A stretch of 64,000 nt of DNA from Catajapyx aquilonaris (taxonomy: Eukaryota), in the NCBI GenBank assembly GCA_000934665.2, contig KZ538506.1, positions 1 through 64,000 of the forward strand, written 5' to 3'. Of the stretch, positions 1-14,900 are shown in pieces. Within the stretch, counting starts at the first letter, position 1. Each line of letters starts with the position of its first letter. The translations under genes and the position numbers were made by a program. The notes beneath the pieces were generated by a model. The model was not told the DNA's origin. It saw nothing but the letters and a program-made list of their open reading frames with translations, and searched no databases.

Positions 1-768
1 CCGCTAAGTAAGAAATAAACAGAGTGGCAGCAATTTTTACCAGACCCCACAGAAATTCACTGTCCAAGGTATAATCGTATTTATTTCAGTTGTTAACCGT
101 CAAATGAACTTCAAATTTGGTATCCTCCTAGCTCAATTGTTACTATTCATAATTATCCATTCTAAAGTCCAGATAATCTTAATGGAAACTTTTTATCACA
201 TCCTGTGTATAACCCCACCACTCCATTTTTTGGGGGTGTCCCAATATTTTCAGATCAGAGCAAGTATATTTTGTGAGAACCATTATCCTGATTCGCGATA
301 GAATACTTGGGACCAGGACGATAAGGATTAATGGCACATAATCAAGTGGAAATATCGGTGGTCTGACTAGAATGACTTCTAGTTCCATGTATAGGGTCAA
401 TATGCAGCACCGTGGAACTTCAAAGTAGATACGTCTCCCAGCAGGTGCAGAACAATTATCCCCATTCTAGTGTATCAGTCATCAGTGTATGGAACCTTGC
501 TCAGTTCAGATGTGGCCTGAATAATAATAATAATGCCAACAAACTAGTATTGGAGCACATGAATCAATTGGCCCAACAATTTAGATATAATTTTCCCGAG
601 ATGGACAATTTGACATGCCAATCAATTGGATCAAATCCATTTGAGATTTCTTTGCCGCTTTTGCCTATGTCTGGACTCAAATGGTGGCCATTACCAGCAC
701 ATGTTGTGATGCCACATAATAAGGTTAGTTCAGTTCAAATTTCGTTGCAATATCTTCCTTTGCATTAA

Positions 769-1182
769 AGGGACACTCCACTCAAAAGACAAGTTTGGCT
801 CTAAAAATCGGGCAAAAAATCCTGAATCCGACGGTGCAATTAGTTTTTCGCTACGCGGAACGGTAATCCCAGGGCGAGGTGTCAAAGTGTGTCGTCTGCT
901 AATGAGCTGCGGCGCCACGCGGGGAACAGGGGAACTGGAGGGCTGCACCGCTCTGGGATGGGCCTAAGCGCGCGGGCAGGCGGGAGCAGCCCTCCAGTTC
1001 CCAAGGTCCCGAGGGCGTCGCTGGCGGACGGCCAGCTTCTAGCCCACTATTTGAATTTCCCCACTTTGACCCCTCGCCCTGGGATTATAGTTCCGCGTAG
1101 CGAAAAACGGATTGCACCTTCGGATTCAGGATTTTTTGCCCGATTTTTAGAGCCAAACATGTTTTTTGAGTGGAGTGTCCCG
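769..1182. mobile_element. Non-autonomous TIR element (MITE), Kolobok-like, TTAA target site
   Basis: ~120-bp terminal inverted repeats (AGGGACACTCCACTCAAAA...TTTTTGAGTGGAGTGTCCCG) flanked by TTAA at 765-768 and 1183-1186. A second internal inverted repeat reads gggaactggagggctgc / gcagccctccagttccc. Confidence 0.8.
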
Positions 1183-1401
1183 TTAAAGTTATTAAAGAAA
1201 TGCCGGGTAAAGTAAGTAGTGGGCACCTTGTATGTAGAAGACACAGTGGCTACTGTATTACTCCTTCGATTTAAAATAAATAAATCTGGTGATACGTGAT
1301 AGCTCTGGCAGTCTGGCCAGGCCAGTCATCATCTTCGGGCCAACTGTGCATACATTGGGTGTCCCACTGCAGCTATAGTTGGGCATTTCCATGATGCATC
1401 C

Positions 1402-1566
1402 GTCCGTTCGTAACACAAGTTTTGCCTACATGCACAAGGGTATTTTATTATAACAATGCCAGGATGCATGCACTGCATGCATCTCATGCATTTCATGCAA
1501 TGTGTATGTATTGTTACAATAAAAAAAAGCTAGTACATGTCGGCAAAACCTGCGTTACGAACGGAC
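1402..1566. mobile_element. MITE-like inverted repeat
   Basis: gtccgttcgtaacacaagttttgcctacatg pairs imperfectly with catgtcggcaaaacctgcgttacgaacggac; the core is tgcatg-rich. Confidence 0.55.
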
Positions 1567-2916
1567 AGTATGTCTGTGTTTGCGTGGAAATGCCCTTTTA
1601 CTGTACCACTGCAATAGGATCCATGTAAGTAGGTACATACGTGCAGCCAAGTTCACCCCGTCTGAAATGCAGAGAAATGAGTTCTGCTACGAATTTCTTA
1701 ATGTGTTTTTAAGGAACGACATACATAAGCTGCAATAAATATTAACACCACTGGAAAGGTTCACCTACATCTCCTAAGATGGACAAGACACTTGGTTCAC
1801 AACTTCTTGATTTGCAAAATAAAGTTTGCACACTATGAAAAATGGGTGGTTTCATGGGGTGGGCTTTAACATTTATCTCCTTGCTCACCTATGTCTGCAT
1901 GGGTGATTTTTTCCCCCTACAGCATGCTAAGCGCTGCAGTAATGGCATGATGTCATTGAAAGGTTCATTTTTATGACACGTTCCCTTAAATATTTGTTGG
2001 AATTTTGGAATTGTGGCCAAGTTCACCCGACCTTTAAAAATCGTCTGATGCAATTAAGGCACAGTTGCATAAATTCAAATTATTCAGGAGCAAATCTGCG
2101 TTACCTCTACCAAGAGCTAATAACTCTTGCCTCTACATAATGCTCCCATTTCCTAAATTCTCTTCAACACATGTAACCATCCTTCCATTCATCCCATTGA
2201 AGTTCCAAATAAGGCATTTATTGGAAAAATGTAGATAATGGTCAAATTTCATTTAAATGACAACAGTTTAAAATTATGCATGAAAGACAGCTCTGAATTC
2301 CATTCGTAAGCCTAGTTGCACTGCTTATTGCCCTTGTTGTTTTGTTACCAACAATAAGGAGAAATGTGCCATTTTAAATATTCCACGAGGACACCTAACA
2401 CCTGAAAGAGTAATGACATCACATTTCAGGAAAGAGAAATCATGGAATTAAACATCAGGCATGTCAACGAAAATCCCCTAGGGAATGTATCTTTATTGAA
2501 ATAAAATAATTATGCTGACTTGAAATATTGAACCCAACAATGTTTTGATCTGTACAAAATTGAAGCCACCATCACACTGATGGCCTTATTATTATGCACC
2601 ACATATTATGTACTACACAGGAGCATCTCTTCTCTGGAAGGTGGGGTAAGAGTATTGCAGTCGTGAGTGTGTCGCATCTTCTCTGCCACGGAGTCACTAG
2701 GAGTAAACATGGGCTCAGTAAGACAGTGTGTATTGAAGCCGCATGTCCAGTAGCAAAGCTCGGGGTGTGTGCCTTCGTGTTAATGAACACTTCTGCGTGG
2801 GGATATGCATAAACACCCTAACACAAATCATGAAACCTCTGAAAGCATATGGCACGAGTATGTGACACTACACCATTATTATTTTTATCATTCTTATTAG
2901 ACTATACTACTCACCC

Positions 2917-5900
2917 CTACGCACTCTTGACTTTCTCCTTGTCCTTCATGCCATAATACACAATCTGAGCAGCAATGATCCCATTGGCCACCGTCGCACT
3001 GAGGTACGTCAACACCACAATGGTATCTCCCGTCTCCTGCACTGACGTGAACACCCTGGCCATAGACCCAAAGAACAGCATGTACACCGTGGCCGCTGAC
3101 AACTGACCCGTACTGCTATTCCGATAGTTAGTCAGCGCCTGCATCATCTGCAATACAAATGCACAAAATATTTTTTTAAATTTGTACTGCATTACAGGTT
3201 GTGGGCCATGTTGGCCTTTTAGGGGGAATAAATACACAAAATATTAAAATATACATTTTTTTTAAACAATAAAGGTAGCCCTCCCAGGTGGTGGCAAATG
3301 AAGACAACCCCTTGTTACACCCTTCCCCAGACTTGGGGAGTTTAGAAACAGCACAATCAGCATCGCCATCGTGACAGGGCAAACGAACCGTGAACCAGAT
3401 TACCATCTCTCAAGCGCGGTAGCTGCAAACAACTGTTATCGCCACACTCCGTCTCTTATTCCAGGTAAGCGGAAAATCCGCTCCCATTTTTTTTTGGTTT
3501 GTTTTTTACCACCATCTGTGGGTGGGCGTCATTACACAAATTATATCACATCCGATTACAATGATTACAACCGTAAGCAAATTGGTCTGATTACACCCAA
3601 ACCCTTGCACGCTAACCTGGTGCGATATCAATAATCATCGCATCTTATTACATTCCGACCTATCATCAGACCAGTGTAGAAACGTCTCAATTAAACATCC
3701 CTTTTGGGAGGGNNNNNNGGGGGGGGGGTGGTTCCTGCACGACACCCCGCTGGAAGAAGTTCCGGCAGTCAAGCACAAAGCCGCACTGTCACGAACAATT
3801 TGTCGAGACAAAAGCAATTTGCTACAATTTCAGCCGGTTCTTTGCGTGGCACTTTTTCTTCCAGTTTTTTTTATGTAGCCTACCTACGGCCGGTTTCTTT
3901 TGTCTGCACCGAGGGTTGTCGTGCAGGACCACCGATTGCAAAATTATCAAAAAATTTCCTATAGGATAAGGGTTTGGAGCCCCCCTGTAGTGGACATCTG
4001 ATAACTGGGACAGTAACATATTGCCTGCTACCTACAACGTCGTTGTCACCGGTACCCAGGACACATAAGCCACCAATCACGTATATGTGTGCGGTACACC
4101 CATGACAAACCAACCCAGCATAAATCTGCCGCTTAGCACTGGCTCTGAAAATGCTAAATAAACAAGTTCCACACAGCGGGCTTGGTAGCGCAACACGACG
4201 ATGGGTAAGATTTACTGCTCACCTGCCCAAATCTCCGGTTGTCCACACCATCCGGATTTATGTGACCGTATAAGTTATCACCGACACACGACTCAATTTT
4301 CCGTACAGATCCACTGAGACTTCAAGGCTCGAAGGGGCTCGACGAATACCCCCCCAAAATAGTAATTTTTCACCAACCCACAGTAAGTCGAAAGCAGGCA
4401 CTAGGTCCTATTGTCCATCCTTAAAACAAAAGAGACGGCGTGATTCTAAACAAAGACCTAGTTGAAAGGAAATAAAACGTATTGGTTGGGGGGGGGGGGG
4501 GGANGAGAGGAAATGTGAAGAAAAGACCCTAAGGATGTTAATGAGCCGGAAAGGCAACTCAATACAAAACCCAGCCTAACTCCATCTTAACCCCTCCGAT
4601 TTCCTTCTCTCAAACTTTCTTTCCCACTTTTGTCTTAGAGCTGGTTAAAAGCCTTTACCCAAAGTTTCTTAATGGGACTTGCAATTAATTGCAGACATTA
4701 CTTCTGTTGGTGACGTGTGCACTATTTTCAATTATTTTCCTAGCCCCCACAACCTACTCATTAAATTCGGCCACACCTCCCAGCAATATATTGGCCCAAA
4801 CAAATGTGGATAGCAGGTAGATAATTCAAAGATTTTAAAATTTAAAAAAAAAGTGAGGTCAGGGGTGTTTAAAAAAAAACGGGCTTTTATCACATCCGTT
4901 GATCGACATCCAATTTTAAAACACGCCATGACCCCGCCTGGATTTAAAAATACACCCGGAAAGACTCGCGTTTTCCAGGAATGACCTCTGTCCCTATAAA
5001 TTTCCATAACAATATCTGCCTTGGAATGCAGTGTCTCAATTTCGCGACATCCTATTAATAAACGAATGAAAAATGCACCGACATGCCGACAAAGTTGCTC
5101 CATTAAAGTTACATTGCCCCAATAAATCATTTGCTTGTTGTGACATTAAAATTACGCCACATGCTGCTTGTAACAATCTGTCTACCGCGCATTTTTCGTA
5201 ACATTTTCATATCCTCTTACATATTTTATTTTGATCCTCTCTCATCATTGGGGAAAACAAGACTGTTGCGCAATACCATGTGAATGTACGTCCTTCAAGA
5301 CCTTACTGTCTATCATGCTGTACTCATCACTCATTTTTCAGTCCATCAAGATTAAAAAGCCAGAGTATTATTCCCATATTACTGCAAGGTAACACCAGCA
5401 AGGACACATCGCACAGTAGTCATCGAACATATGTACCAGGTCTGCGATACATTTAGTTTGAGACTCGACCCCCCAGGCAGTGTTCCCGTGTCTAAGACGT
5501 TCCATTTTCCGCGCAAAATGGAGAGGAGGAGTAAGAGCTGACAGGTTGCCACAAAACAAATTGAACGTCAAGACAGAGAAATAATTAAGCTGTTTTGCTG
5601 GCAGTCGTTTCGAGGTGAAGAAGGATGGGTGGAGGGATGGATGACGACTTCCTTCCACACCTACCCGGCATCGGGTGTTGATGCCCCCCATGCACAACCC
5701 CTTCAAACTTTCTAATCAACATCTGACACCATTCCCCCAATCATACTTGCAATACCTACAAATCCTCAACAAAACAGATGGTCCAACTTGTCAACAACCG
5801 GTGCCGACCACAACAGAAACACTGTAAACAATCCGAACCAATGATTACTATTATACATCCTCCGATAGTAACACAAGACACCGCTCTGCAGATGCGGAAG

Positions 5901-8900
5901 GCAGGTGGCAATGAGCCTTAATTTGAAGGAAGTTGCGGTCACCCCCAGCTTCCCTAAGTGATGGCCACTGCTGACCACATGATTACAGGGACGCCTCTAC
6001 GATGCTGAGAACGTGGCACGGAATGGACCATCACGCGAAGGTCGCACAGGGCAAAACGACGCGATTTTTAGTGTGTTCGGAGTCAAATTCTGGGACCATT
6101 GTCAGTCAAGTCACGCACCTAAATGTCGACGATGATGAGAAACTGGGAGGGCTATCGTCAAAGGCCATCGGACGATGGGCCATCTCCAGCACTCCTGTCT
6201 GACACGGCTGGTGTCCCAATCTGGTTTACATTGCAAATGAGACCGGGTCCTGCCCCACCTATAATCGAACAGGTGACCCCGCAGCCATCTTTAGGATCCC
6301 GACCCAGGGCAGTGTCACAAGGAGCTCTAGAGGCCACCAACGACTTCTTAAAATGTGCGTGACCACCGATGTATTCTCAAGGTCCCCTAAGCTGACAGGT
6401 GGCAAGCTATGTTGTGACGTCTATTTCTATCTCTAGCTAATACTTAATTAACTCTAGCTACTCCACGCCCCTCAGTCTGCAAGTAACGTAGACCACCCAG
6501 TGTCCATCCTTTTTTTTTTTTTGTCAAACACAATCGTGACAATTAAGCCCACTTTTTTTATGTACCTGTAAAGGCAACTACGTGCAAACTCCTTTTTCGC
6601 CAAGGTCCAATCGATGATCGAATCGAATTTTNNNNNNNNNNNNNNNNNNNNNNNNNNNNNNNNNNNNNNNNNNNNNNNNNNNNNNNNNNNNNNNNNNNNN
6701 NNNNNNNNNNNNNNNNNNNNNNNNNNNNNNNNNNNNNNNNNNNNNNNNTGCCCCCCCCCCCCCCTTTACAAAATAAGGCACCTGTAAATTGATTATTAGG
6801 TAGCAATCGTGACGGTTCATCTGAAGCTACTAATGGACAAAAATAGCTACTTTTTTTTTCAAAATTTCAGCTAATATTAGCCTTCCTGATGTCCCCACCA
6901 GCATGTCCATAATTCTCACTCAATCGCTCATCATTAAGCATCTCACCCTCACCTTGGCATCGCGCCTCAAGAATTCCTCCCACCCCTCCCTTCCCTTGAT
7001 GACAAGTGACGAACGACAAGCCCACTTTATCGTGACACGCCATCCAACAAATCGGGGCAATTACGCCGCTCCCGAGGCCCCTTCGTTCTTGCCAACACTG
7101 TCGCGCTCCGGAATCTGCGGCAAACCACATGACAAATGACAGTAGGACTGACTGGCTTGTGTCCCGATTGAACAAAAATATATACACGCACCGGTACACA
7201 CCACAAAAAAAAATTGGAAGTACCTAACACAATTAGTGAGACAATCTGGCCTCAAAATCGCCTCTAAACGACCTCCAAGACACTAACGAGTCAATGAACA
7301 AGGCAAAAGCTAGTAATTACGGACGATAATCCTTTGCCTTGATGAACTCCCCCCTCCCCCCCTCCTCTTTTGCCGAAAAGACTTCCCCCGAGTAATTTCC
7401 TCCCATGCCAGTAATTTCTCTTTCCAATGTGGGTGTTGGCGGATGGTGCCAAACTGCCCTCCCTTTTCATTAACCGGAACACTTTGTCCCGTCAAAGGAT
7501 TCATTTGCAAGCTACGCCTCAATTACCGTTTTAAATGCGGGTCACTCCGGAGCAGCTCCCCTAAAAATGTTCCTACTTGGAAGACGCTGAAGCTTGTTAG
7601 CTTGTAATGAAACCCAACAGCACCTGCATATTAGGAAGTAGGTCCGGGTATTGTTTATGGCGATGCAATCTGCCAAAATGGGACGACATGACAGGCTGCC
7701 GTGACAAATATAATTCGACCGGTACCGGCGTGACAAACAACCCCGCAATACCAGAATAAATTCTTACCTTCCCGCTGATTATGACAGGTACGTTTCCAGC
7801 CTGCAGTGTCCACAACACCTTCATGGGCGTAAGGCCACTGACTAGTAGGCTAACCACCATGGCGTAGATCAACACGAACGCAATTGCTGGCGCTGTTCTT
7901 CCAGAGTAGTGTAACACCAGGGCAGCCACCGTCAGTGTCTGAAGAGCCAGGAACAACCCTTCACCCCATGCGCTGAAATGGGACAGGTTTAAAAAAAAAA
8001 TGTCATATGGTGTCATATAAGCAGCTTTAGTAGGGGTCACATATGACTAGTTGACCCCCGGATGGGCCGGCACTCTTTCAGGTTGTAATCTGATGGCAGG
8101 TGGCACACCCCCCAGTGGCAGCGGTGCCTCTTGCACAGATGGCCCCCACCGTTTTGAGCGGCCGTGATGGAAGTAATGGCTGGTAATTAACACGACGCCA
8201 CGCTGGGCACAAGAACCAACCTTTCCTTTCTGATCAAAATAGCAGGGTGTGACCTCCTTCCCCCAACCATCCCTAGAATCTTTTTTTTTTTCCCCTTCCA
8301 TACCCACTGCTTCCTCATTAAGCCTGCCGGGCAACACCGTAGAAAATTGCTCCCAATATTACCCGTCCTGTGTGTAACTACAATTTCATTGTCTCCCGAA
8401 AGTGTAAGTCATGTCGAACTCGGTGCATCCAAGGCCGAATCCTATGTGATTGACGCATTACAAATTGGATGGACGTCTAGGATCATCAATAAAGGTCACT
8501 CTCAGTGGCGATGGGTACTCCAAAAAAAAAATCCATGGCACCAAAAATTCTCTTCCAATTTGCCGGGCTGCAAATGGGTCCAGCACCCCCGCAGAGTCAC
8601 CGAGGGGGAAATCACGGGAAAAGCCCGCCTGTTTTTTCCACAGGTACCCCATACCTGACCACCCCCTGCTGAGAAAGATCCAAAAACGCCGGCATGACTC
8701 AGCACACACAAAATTCGCTATATACCAAAAAAATATATAACTATTACATATATAAGCGACACTATTATTACGACGTCCATTATGAGCAATACCCTGTTGT
8801 CCCCCTCAAGTAAAAGCCGCCTTCATTCCAAACCCCCTCTTGAAAATTTTCTCCGGCACAGCGGCAGTTAGTTCCCCTCGAGCACAACCACGGCACTCTT

Positions 8901-11900
8901 GGCAAAGTTTACCCCCTGCCTTCCCCAATAATCCGCAAACTCATTATTATCCTCGCAGGCGCTAACTGCTGCCATGAATCATTAATCAAAAACAAAACAA
9001 AACCCCTCCGTTAATCCCGCGGGCCTCCTGATTACCCAGCGGTTTTCCCCCCACCGACTTTGCCCCGGGGCCAAATCATCATCGCCACAAGGTGGAAATC
9101 CCCCCATCTTACACCTTAGCTCAAATCCTAAAATTTGGGTATACAGTAGCACTTTTATGACTGAATCGCTATGCTCGGCGGTAGGGCTTCGCACCGCCTA
9201 GGTTCGCCCCAATTTTTATTGTATTTACAACTATTTCCAGCCTCTTTTTTTTTTTCTTCTCCTAGCTATTCATCACAGGATTCATCCATCACTTTCACCC
9301 CCTCGGTGGTCACCTTTCCGTCACGCTCCGCCCCTTCTACGCTCACTCCTCAGGAGTCAGTCCGCCTAATTACGTGCCCGTCGACTCCGAACCAAGTTAC
9401 GCGTGAAGTCCCCAAATACACCCCACAAGACGACAATACCACATCGGGGGTACATGCACTAGCTAAATTCCCCCCCCCCCCTTCCGGACTGTGAGCTGCA
9501 TTCACATGGCCACTGTGTTGACGGGCAGGCTATTTATTTCGGTCCTGTCAAAAACGCGACATTCAGATTGGCCGCTGGCTCTTCACAAAGTGTACACTAA
9601 AATGTTCCGAATATTTCATTACCCCATTGAGCGACATACCCCTCCCTACCCCTACCCCCCTCGGGTGCAACAAAGATCCATTTAAATTAAAACTCCACAA
9701 AAGCGGGCATTATGCGGAATAATGATACCCGATAGGACAAGGATATTCGGTTGCGCTTCAGCAGCAAAAAATTGCAATGCGGGGGATCAACAGTCACAAG
9801 CGACCTACCGTGAACCGCTGGTCGCCAACTCCACAACTAGCTGAAGAACAATGTGACATCGGACCCATTATGGTCACTCTATACGCCATATCTGACATTC
9901 GACCCTATATTTAAATACACCCCAGCTAATGATGTTGCCCATAAGAATTCCTAGAGGCATACCGTGGAATGTGAGGTTCTAGACAGCTTGGCCCCACCAT
10001 TTTTTTGTGTGTCGAACCCCATTCCCACGCCCCTTTTTTTAACACCTTATAACCGCACATAGCCAGTAGCCGGTATGTCCACTAACTACCGTTCGGGTTG
10101 TGTTAAAAAAAAAGGACGGCACTTAATTTGTACCGGCTTGCAGGTGTGTGTATAACCAGAGAGGGCGGTCAGGTACAAAGTACCCCCACACCTGTGAACA
10201 TAGTGCATTCTGGTCACGTCCCGTTGATGAGATGTCCATTGGGGTTGCTTATCGCCTTGTATCTGTAAGCTAAGCATCACGACGGTATACATTTGACAGA
10301 CTACGACCGTCCAACTAATGACTCGTGTAAACACCATACCAAAAATAACTTTTGGCACCACCGCATCTTGTCGTCAAAAAACCCGGGCATCCAAATGAAG
10401 ACAGTTTCCCCCCTTTCCTTACTAATGAGAATTTATGTTCCTCCCAATGTGCAATGTGCAGGTCCAGCCCAACCTCCGACCTTTGGACCGATTGTCCCAC
10501 TGTCATCATGCCGGGGGGGCCCCGCATCGCAACACCCCCACCATCTCTAACCCGCCATTTAACCGGGGTTCTGAGTTATGCTGGGATCCGGACTCGCCGG
10601 CAGCCGGACAAAAGACGGGCCTGGCCAAGAATTTATCACGCTACCAATCGCAACCTCCAAACGACGAGTTGGAAGCATTTATCACTTCCAAGAAGTAGAA
10701 AAAGGTAACTGCGGAGGATTCCTCCACAAGCAGTGATCTATTGAGGGAGGGAAGAGGATAGCTACTGCGTGCTACGCCTGTTCTACCACTTGCCGGCTCT
10801 GATTGTCCGGATGACTTCGGAATCACATTTCATTTTAAGGAGGTTGCTTTGATGTCCTCCGGTGTGTTTATCTCCTGATCAAATATGTGCAGCCATCCCA
10901 AGGAGAAACATCCTATGTCCAAAACCAGTAAGGGTGAAAGTCGCATCCATGCCCTGCACTAATCCCCCCTAACTCATGAGGGATTAGTGCAGGGCATGGA
11001 TGCGACTTTCACCCTTACTAGTTTTGGACATAAAGTGTTTCTCCTTGCAACATGACGCATGTTGTTCTAACCGATTTTTTTTTTTTTGAAAAACCGAAAT
11101 CAATGCACACTTGAGCCAAAACGTCATTGCATTGTCACCACGATCTCATTCCAAAAAAAACTGAAAGAAAAAAAAGTCCCGAACAATGTACCCTCTCGAA
11201 GCAATCTCTCTTCAGCACGGAAGGACTCCCTATGTAAACCGAGCCTGGCATCAACTTTAGCATAGAAATTAAAACCTTGGGAGAAAAGAAGTACCCCCCC
11301 CCCCCCNNNNNNNNNNNTATATATATATATATATAGAGGGGGGAGGGGGGCCTTTCACATCTATAGGGACGCATTACTCGAAAAAATTGAATCGAGCAGA
11401 CCCTTCGCACACGTCATTATTACTCATTATAAACCCGTCCTCCAGATTAGTTTGATGGATGACTGTTGTTGGCTTGAAGAGCTCTTGAAGTTGTAAAAAA
11501 AAAATGGTATTGTTGAGGTCTGAGAGAAGTGTGGGTCCGGATATCATTTTCCGGCCTGTTTGAGCCACCCGAAAAATCTGTGAGAGGAGGGGTGCCTAGA
11601 GGCGACTTACGTTGCACAAATGGTAATAATAATGGAGGGAAAAATCAATGGCCTTCTGCTGCAGTGTTACCTAACAGGTGGCGAAGATGCCGAGTGATTC
11701 CCTGGAGCGATAATGCTGCACATCTAATGTGTAATTAAATTTGGGCCTCCGGGGTTGCTGCATCTCGCTCTGATGGAGGTCTGCCTCTAGGTGGGTGTGG
11801 AACAATGTGGAGCTCTTTTGGCTGATCATCGTTGGGCCTCCCACAGCACTGGACACCAATTGAATTATTGTAGATGTGTGAACATATCAAATCATCAAAA

Positions 11901-14900
11901 TACATGGGTTGGAGCACAGTGTATAATGTGCATAACATGACTTGTCCGCAATTTGTCAGTTGGAATTAGCAGTGTGAAGCTTTATCGACGCACACATTTG
12001 TCGCACATATAATCATTAAGTGAGTCACAGCCAGAATACAATTCATGTACCCATAGGCCTTGCAAACAGTAAATCCAAAACTGTATTTCCCCACCTCTGA
12101 CGAATCACCCACATATGAAACACATTTCATTTGTGACATCTTCTTCGACCAAATCACCTATTTTGTCATCATCACAGACTTTTTCCATCACCATCAAAAT
12201 GACTGGTATTGCCCGTCATGGCATATTCTAGAATCACACCTACACTGACTGCATGAAAATTTTCATCATTCACCGTACCAGGATTAGACGCATTAAGGCC
12301 ATTGCAATACACACCAAAGAGAGAGGGGAGGAGAATTACTCTGACTTGTCTCCACCAATGTCACATCAAAAAATTTAAGAATTATGCCAAAAAAAACCTC
12401 CCACTTGCTCTGGCACCAATGTGATGGGAGATATAAACTTTCTGAACTGAATCACTAGCACAAGATATCGTAAACATCCCTTTGGCAAGCTCAGCTTGTC
12501 ATGCGAGCCAGTGTACAGATGTAGGGTGCATTATCCTCTGACTGGCATTACCTCACTCTCCCCTACAGTACAGTTGGAGACACCTAACATTATTTTACGC
12601 TTAACAAAAATTTATTGACCGCAAGATTTGCAGCACAGAAAAATGACGACAAACAAAATGTTAATTTCCTTCTCACAACTTTTCACATGACTTTACAATG
12701 AGTTTCTCAAATGCAAGTGTGACATGATACCAGGCATTAGGGCAAAAATGACGAAAAAATGTTTCAAGAGTTTGTCTCCAAAGTCAAATGTGTTTTCTTG
12801 GGGTTCTGATTTTTTTACACTGGCCAAGACCTTCTCATTCACATTCACATGATCTTTCCATCTCACCCCTCACAGCTCCAGATGTCCCAGCTCGCACACT
12901 AACCAAACATTCATCTCAACACAGATTTCAGATACACCCACTGCTCCTGACTACTTTGTAGGTAAAACTTGTGTAAATTGACCAACAAGTCACACAAATT
13001 TTCCTTTTGCTTTCCCTTGCACGCAAATGAAATCAATATCTGAAAGCTTTTGAGCTAGGATTTTATGAGAAAGTGACCTTTTGATTTAGAATGGGATGGC
13101 ATGATTATGGGGAAAGCACTGCTACTGATATTAAACATGAAAGATTTTAGAATTATTGTATCACCATCGGTTTAGAGAGTACATCGCAGCAAAGAATCTT
13201 TCAGTTTATGCTGCTGCAAATAAATTATTCTCACGTGCCGAATTATACTCAAAAGGTATGTATTACACGGTCATTTAAAATTGACTGCAGGATAATACCT
13301 TGTTGCAAGGAACTAACGCCTATTTCTTTTTTTTTCCAGTACAGCCACTCATGGTTATCATTAGGTATAGCCATATTTTTCAGAGAAATTGGTGCCACTG
13401 AAGACAATGCTACTGTGCTACAAAAATTACCAGATTACCCTGCAAATAGCAACAGGGGTGATCATATTTTTAGAAGATATACTGTACATCTGATGGCTAC
13501 ATTAAACTGCTAGCGTGAGGTGGAACATGTCAGAATGGAGGAAGTTTCCACAGGAAGCATTTGTTGTTCAACAGTGGTTCAAATTCAAAAACAGCATGTA
13601 AAAATTATCCAGGTAAGAAGGAAATCGCAACGTAATACTTTCAGGCTGGATCCCCGGGGTAACACTAGACCCCAGTTGACCTCATTTAACACCAGAAAGT
13701 CCGAGCAAGCCACTATTTGCAAGGTAATTAAGTGGTAAAACTTTTAGTAGAGTCCTGCATATAAGCATTATTCCTAAAAAAGCAAAAAGCAGTGCAATGA
13801 AGCTTGTGGCATTCCAAGACTTGGGACCACTCCTTGCAATGATAATCAACACTTAAATATTGATCTCAATTCAGGTAAGTTAATCAACCTGCATGAAGTA
13901 GCCTTATGTTTGTTATTTAACAGGTTGAAGAGTACTATCAGAACAAAAAAGGTGCAGACACTTGTCATTGATCAGCCTACCCGCAAGTGTCCGGACCATT
14001 TCCGTGCCAATAGTACCTTACTAGATATCAAGAATCTTTAATAATCATTGGAAGGATGGCCTTTCATGTCACATAGCACAACTGCAGTCATAGTGCATCA
14101 ATGCAAAATGATATGTTAGTTCACGACTCAATGCAATCAGGAGGATTAACTTTAAAACTGGTCATTAAAACCAGAGGACAGCAACTAGCAGTTCAGGGCT
14201 ACAAGCCATGAACACTTCACAGGCTTATTACTTGAACACCAACAGTTTCAAAAAGTTACATCACATTTTCCATTGATCTCCATGTCAGTGAATCTGCAGA
14301 TGATTTAGTGGCAGGCAATGTGTCACTCATCCAGTCACCTGAAGCATTAAAAGCAAAGTTCAAATGCTTGGAGTTGGAGCACCATTTCTACCCGAAAAAG
14401 GATGTCTAACACTTTAACATAGTGTTTTTAAAAAGCCCACCAACAGCACAATAACACAAACTTTTCAGAAGTTGTAAAGCTGGTAAGTTAGCAGTCTTCA
14501 ATTGGCACTCTGTGGTCCACATGAATGTCCAAAGACCTCTCGAACATACAGCCTGTTCCAGTTTGTTGGTGTTTTTAGTTATCACTGATATCATCTGAAG
14601 CAGTTATTTTTGTGTAGCTTGTTGCGCTTGTAGAACCCTTTGGACAAGCCTGAGGAACACTGGTTGACGATAGTGGTCCTTGGGTTATTTTAATATTATA
14701 CTCCAATACAACACATCGTCGGCATTAAGGAGAACGGGTGAATAGACCATTTTAGAAACTTTACAGGAGAGGCAAAAATTAGTTGAAAGTACAATGGCCA
14801 GTCAAAAGAAATTGAGACTGATGTTTTAATGTGACAAAGATGATTAGTTGTTCATGACTCGTAGTGACTGGCATCATGTCCACAATGGCTTGAAGTATTC

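Noticed and set aside
730..1244. Similar ORFs on opposite strands (TLTPRPGI.VPRSEK.IAPSDSGFFARFLEPN)
   Set aside because: Translations of the two TIRs of a MITE.
11850..12800. Possible piggyBac transposase remnant (KYSFG..CKAYGY)
   Set aside because: Too degenerate to support without a profile search.
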